From a virus (taxonomy: Duplodnaviria > Heunggongvirae > Uroviricota > Caudoviricetes), in the IMG/VR virus record IMGVR_UViG_2563366942_000019: DNA of 18,919 nt. One strand, written 5' to 3'. The position numbers and the translations under genes are program-made. How positions within the stretch are numbered: position 1 is the first letter of the stretch; each line of letters starts with the position of its first letter. Below the pieces are notes generated by a model, which worked only from the letters and a program-made list of their open reading frames with translations, was not told the origin of the DNA and searched no databases. Below are positions 16,481-18,919 of this stretch, piece by piece.

Positions 16481-17701
16481 TCAGTACGCCATATTCAGTT
16501 TCCCATAGTGGAACATAACTCCCAGTTTAAAGCGTTCCCGGTTTCGGTATCCCCTGGCCTTTATCCTCAGCAGTCTGATCTTGCTGTTCAGCGCCTCCGC
16601 ATTTCCATTCGAGACGCGATGACGCATTGCATTCAGTATTCCGTATAACCGTTTTTTAATGGTTTTCGCTGCGTTTTTCATCATCGGCACATCACATTCA
16701 GACGCCAGCGATATCCACTGCAACCAGTCATTCCTGCGTTCTGTGCTCCAGGGGCGATCCCAGATATTTTTTGCCAGCTCTTTCAGTGTCCAGCACTGGC
16801 TTGTCTGTTGCATCTGTTCCCGCAACCACATCAGCTTTTCCTGCCGGGACTCAGTCATCCATTTGTCGCTGTACTGCCACAGGAAGCGGGTACCTTTGGC
16901 CTGACGACGACTTTCAACAGGGAGGTGCGGATGTTCATTCTGGCGGGTTTTATCAACCACTTCGCCCAGTTGCTTCGCCACATGGAAGCGATCGAAGGCG
17001 ATTTTCTCGACCGCATTGGGTAAATGGATACGCGCTGCTCTTATATAGCCCGCATTCATGTCCATCGACAGTGTTTTGATGGCCAACAACTGACTGTCAG
17101 TAAGCGAACGGAGATAGCTGGCAAGACTCTCTGTGCCACGATCATCGGTTAATGCCAGTGCCCGCCCGTCGCGATCAGATACCACGGTTATATACCTATG
17201 CCCTTTTTTAAAGGCGACTTCGTCTACATTCATATGACGCACTGATAAAGGCTTTTTAATCCGCGACAGGCCTCGCTTAACCGCGCGGGTCATGATGCCG
17301 TCAACGGCATTCCAGCTAAGTTTAAGTTGTTTTCTGACCGCATCAACGGTGCTGATTTTAAGCCATGAGAGCACGAACGATTCGAACAGCAGAGTGTACC
17401 GACTGCCGGAACCTGCCCACGGTACAGGCAGAGTCTGGCAGCCATGCTCCGGGCACATAACGCGGGGAACATCGGCTTCTACTAATGTCATGAACTGGCA
17501 GGTATCAAGGTGGCGCCATTTACGATGTCGGTGATCGTGAACAGAACAGGATTTCCTGCAGGTCGGACAGGTTAACTGAGTATTTTCAGCAATTCCGACT
17601 GTAACAGTAACGGAACCTGCATTTTCATCGAGGGTAAGGGATTTAACCTGCCATGGTGCAGTCAGGTTAAGGATATGGGCATAGAGGGATTTTTCGTCCA
17701 T
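16481..17701 (-). CDS. ISL3-family transposase
   Basis: 406 aa; N-terminal zinc-finger-like CPTCRKSC...CPEHGC, then the DDE region with the ISL3-type motif NVDEVAFKKGHRYITVVSD. Confidence 0.85.
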   Translation of the reverse strand: MDEKSLYAHILNLTAPWQVKSLTLDENAGSVTVTVGIAENTQLTCPTCRKSCSVHDHRHRKWRHLDTCQFMTLVEADVPRVMCPEHGCQTLPVPWAGSGSRYTLLFESFVLSWLKISTVDAVRKQLKLSWNAVDGIMTRAVKRGLSRIKKPLSVRHMNVDEVAFKKGHRYITVVSDRDGRALALTDDRGTESLASYLRSLTDSQLLAIKTLSMDMNAGYIRAARIHLPNAVEKIAFDRFHVAKQLGEVVDKTRQNEHPHLPVESRRQAKGTRFLWQYSDKWMTESRQEKLMWLREQMQQTSQCWTLKELAKNIWDRPWSTERRNDWLQWISLASECDVPMMKNAAKTIKKRLYGILNAMRHRVSNGNAEALNSKIRLLRIKARGYRNRERFKLGVMFHYGKLNMAY

Positions 17702-17719
17702 ATAATTTCATTCTGAAGC

Positions 17720-18238
17720 TTACTTTAAACTGATATTATTATTTTTTGCCCACTTTCTTAATCTTCCATTAGCGTTGGCGTAAGGCGAAGATGTGTTAAA
17801 TGAGATCATTCTCCCCATCGTCCATTTTGTGTACCATGGTCTTCCATACAAAATATCATCGGTACGATCATTAATAAGGTTCACAATCTCATTTTTTACA
17901 GTATGAAGTTCAGCTACTAACAACTCATAACTTAACTCACTGTAATCTGAGTAAAATTTTTGAGCAAGAAGGCCAAGCTGATTCCATTTATAGCCAGTTT
18001 CCGGAAAATCGACAGGCAGACCTTTAGCATCAGAAGCGATCCACTTTACAACAAGAGCATTCCATCCAAGCAGATACGAAACGAGATCACGAACACTCAT
18101 CTCCGTTCCTTTGGCGTGTCCGTCCATTGATTTATCTGAAGTAATTTCTGGTGGGATTGTGTTGAGGTAACTAATTAATTTACTAAAATTTTTATCAATA
18201 GCTAAAAGCAGTTCAGCTTTTGTTTGCGGCACACTCAT
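17720..18238 (-). CDS. ClbS/DfsB-family (DUF1706) four-helix-bundle protein; passenger gene within the IS
   Basis: 172 aa; motifs DGHAKGTEMSVRDLVSYLLGW, FPETGYKWNQLG and RPWYTKWTMGRMISFNTSSPY recalled as characteristic of the ClbS/DfsB family. Good RBS (gaggga). Located inside the IS inverted repeats, upstream of and co-oriented with the transposase. Confidence 0.6.
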   Translation of the reverse strand: MSVPQTKAELLLAIDKNFSKLISYLNTIPPEITSDKSMDGHAKGTEMSVRDLVSYLLGWNALVVKWIASDAKGLPVDFPETGYKWNQLGLLAQKFYSDYSELSYELLVAELHTVKNEIVNLINDRTDDILYGRPWYTKWTMGRMISFNTSSPYANANGRLRKWAKNNNISLK

Positions 18239-18352
18239 AAGAATTCCCTCTCATGTAAAAAGAGACACCATAAAGGTACTGTGTGGTGTTTGAAAATCAC
18301 TCAATTATGTACCACCCACCACAACAGGGGAAGACCCATGTGCATACAGTAT

Positions 18353-18571
18353 CGTGTAAAATGATACTCCTGTTGATAAGAAACATAACGCAAACAATAT
18401 ATTTATTTAGTGAATTTATGCGTTCATTAATATTAATAATTTATATTTTTGTTAATTGTTTATTTGTTTGTTGAATGTATTGAGTAGCAGTAATGACAAC
18501 TGCTTAGCGTATATCCGTGGTTTTACACGCATCGGGTCTTATTCAGGATGCAAGATATATGGAGATGAAAA
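18353..18571 (+). promoter_or_regulatory. AT-rich upstream region of the Mor-family gene
   Basis: About 220 nt, strongly AT-rich with repeated ttaat/tttat tracts (cattaatattaataatttatatttttgttaattgtttatttg); GGAG RBS 7 nt before the ATG at 18572. Confidence 0.3.
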
Positions 18572-18919
18572 ATGATACGAAAATCAAAAGAGATGGCCCG
18601 GACACCGGAGATCATTAACGACCTGGCTTTTCATGCATCGCAAGTTCTGATTGAAAGCATCAATCTCGACAGTTCATCGGCAGAAAATGTGGGCTTTGCC
18701 ATTGCCGACCGAATGATGCGTAACTGGGGCGGACAAAGCATTTATTTCCCTAAGGGGATCTCCGGACGAGCATCGGAGCGTGACTACCAAATCTATAGCG
18801 AGTGCGATGGGCGCAACTACGCCGAATTAGCGAAGAAATATAATCTGACGCTGCAATGGATTTATAAGATTGTGAAACGCGTACATGCGGAAAAGCAACA
18901 GCGCCGCAGTAATTCGTAA
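18572..18919 (+). CDS. Mor/C-family transcriptional activator (Mu middle/late operon regulator-like)
   Basis: 115 aa complete ORF (stop at 18917-18919). C-terminal ...ERDYQIYSECDGRNYAELAKKYNLTLQWIYKIVKR is the helix-turn-helix region characteristic of the Mor/C activator family. Confidence 0.75.
   Translation: MIRKSKEMARTPEIINDLAFHASQVLIESINLDSSSAENVGFAIADRMMRNWGGQSIYFPKGISGRASERDYQIYSECDGRNYAELAKKYNLTLQWIYKIVKRVHAEKQQRRSNS

Larger units (their letters stand above)
16438..18352 (-). mobile_element. ISL3-family insertion sequence carrying a passenger gene
   Basis: Imperfect terminal inverted repeats: left atactgtatgtgcatgggtcttcccc (16438-16463) and the reverse complement of the right end atactgtatgcacatgggtcttcccc (18352-18327), 24/26 identical, with weaker similarity continuing to about 44 bp. 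They enclose the transposase and one further gene. No unambiguous target-site duplication could be read. Confidence 0.75.

Noticed and set aside
16420-18365. Target-site duplication flanking the IS
   Set aside because: The 8 bp either side of the inferred ends (taaaaata vs cgtgtaaa) do not match. Exact IR termini are uncertain in AT-rich flanks, so the duplication is left unresolved.
18520-18550. Possible third, degenerate IS-end copy (gcatcgggtctt) upstream of the Mor gene
   Set aside because: Only about 12 nt of similarity with an indel to the IR core; too short to separate from chance without more copies.
1-18919. CRISPR arrays, tRNA/rRNA genes, phage attachment sites or integrase
   Set aside because: No regularly spaced direct repeats with unique spacers, no tRNA-like cloverleaf candidate in intergenic regions, and no tyrosine or serine recombinase ORF seen; integration boundaries cannot be defined from this window.

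Overview
The window is dominated by a ~15 kb minus-strand block (about 1282-16142) that encodes a complete Mu/P2-type contractile tail, preceded by a three-gene lysis cassette and an intrinsic terminator. Tail gene order (sheath, tube, chaperone, tape measure, U-like, X-like, hub D, spike V, W, J, I, fibre, fibre chaperone) follows phage Mu, and most genes are linked by ATGA or short overlaps. No capsid, portal, terminase, integrase or replication gene is present in the window, so the block is either a phage tail-like particle (R-type tailocin) locus or a head-deleted prophage remnant. A roughly 1.9 kb ISL3-family insertion sequence (16438-18352), carrying a ClbS/DfsB-like passenger gene, sits between the lysis cassette and a divergent Mor/C-family activator gene at the right edge. 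The left flank holds a translationally coupled SPFH (band-7) and nucleotidyltransferase gene pair on the plus strand. All functional calls rest on motif-level reading of the supplied translations and on gene order; no database search was run.
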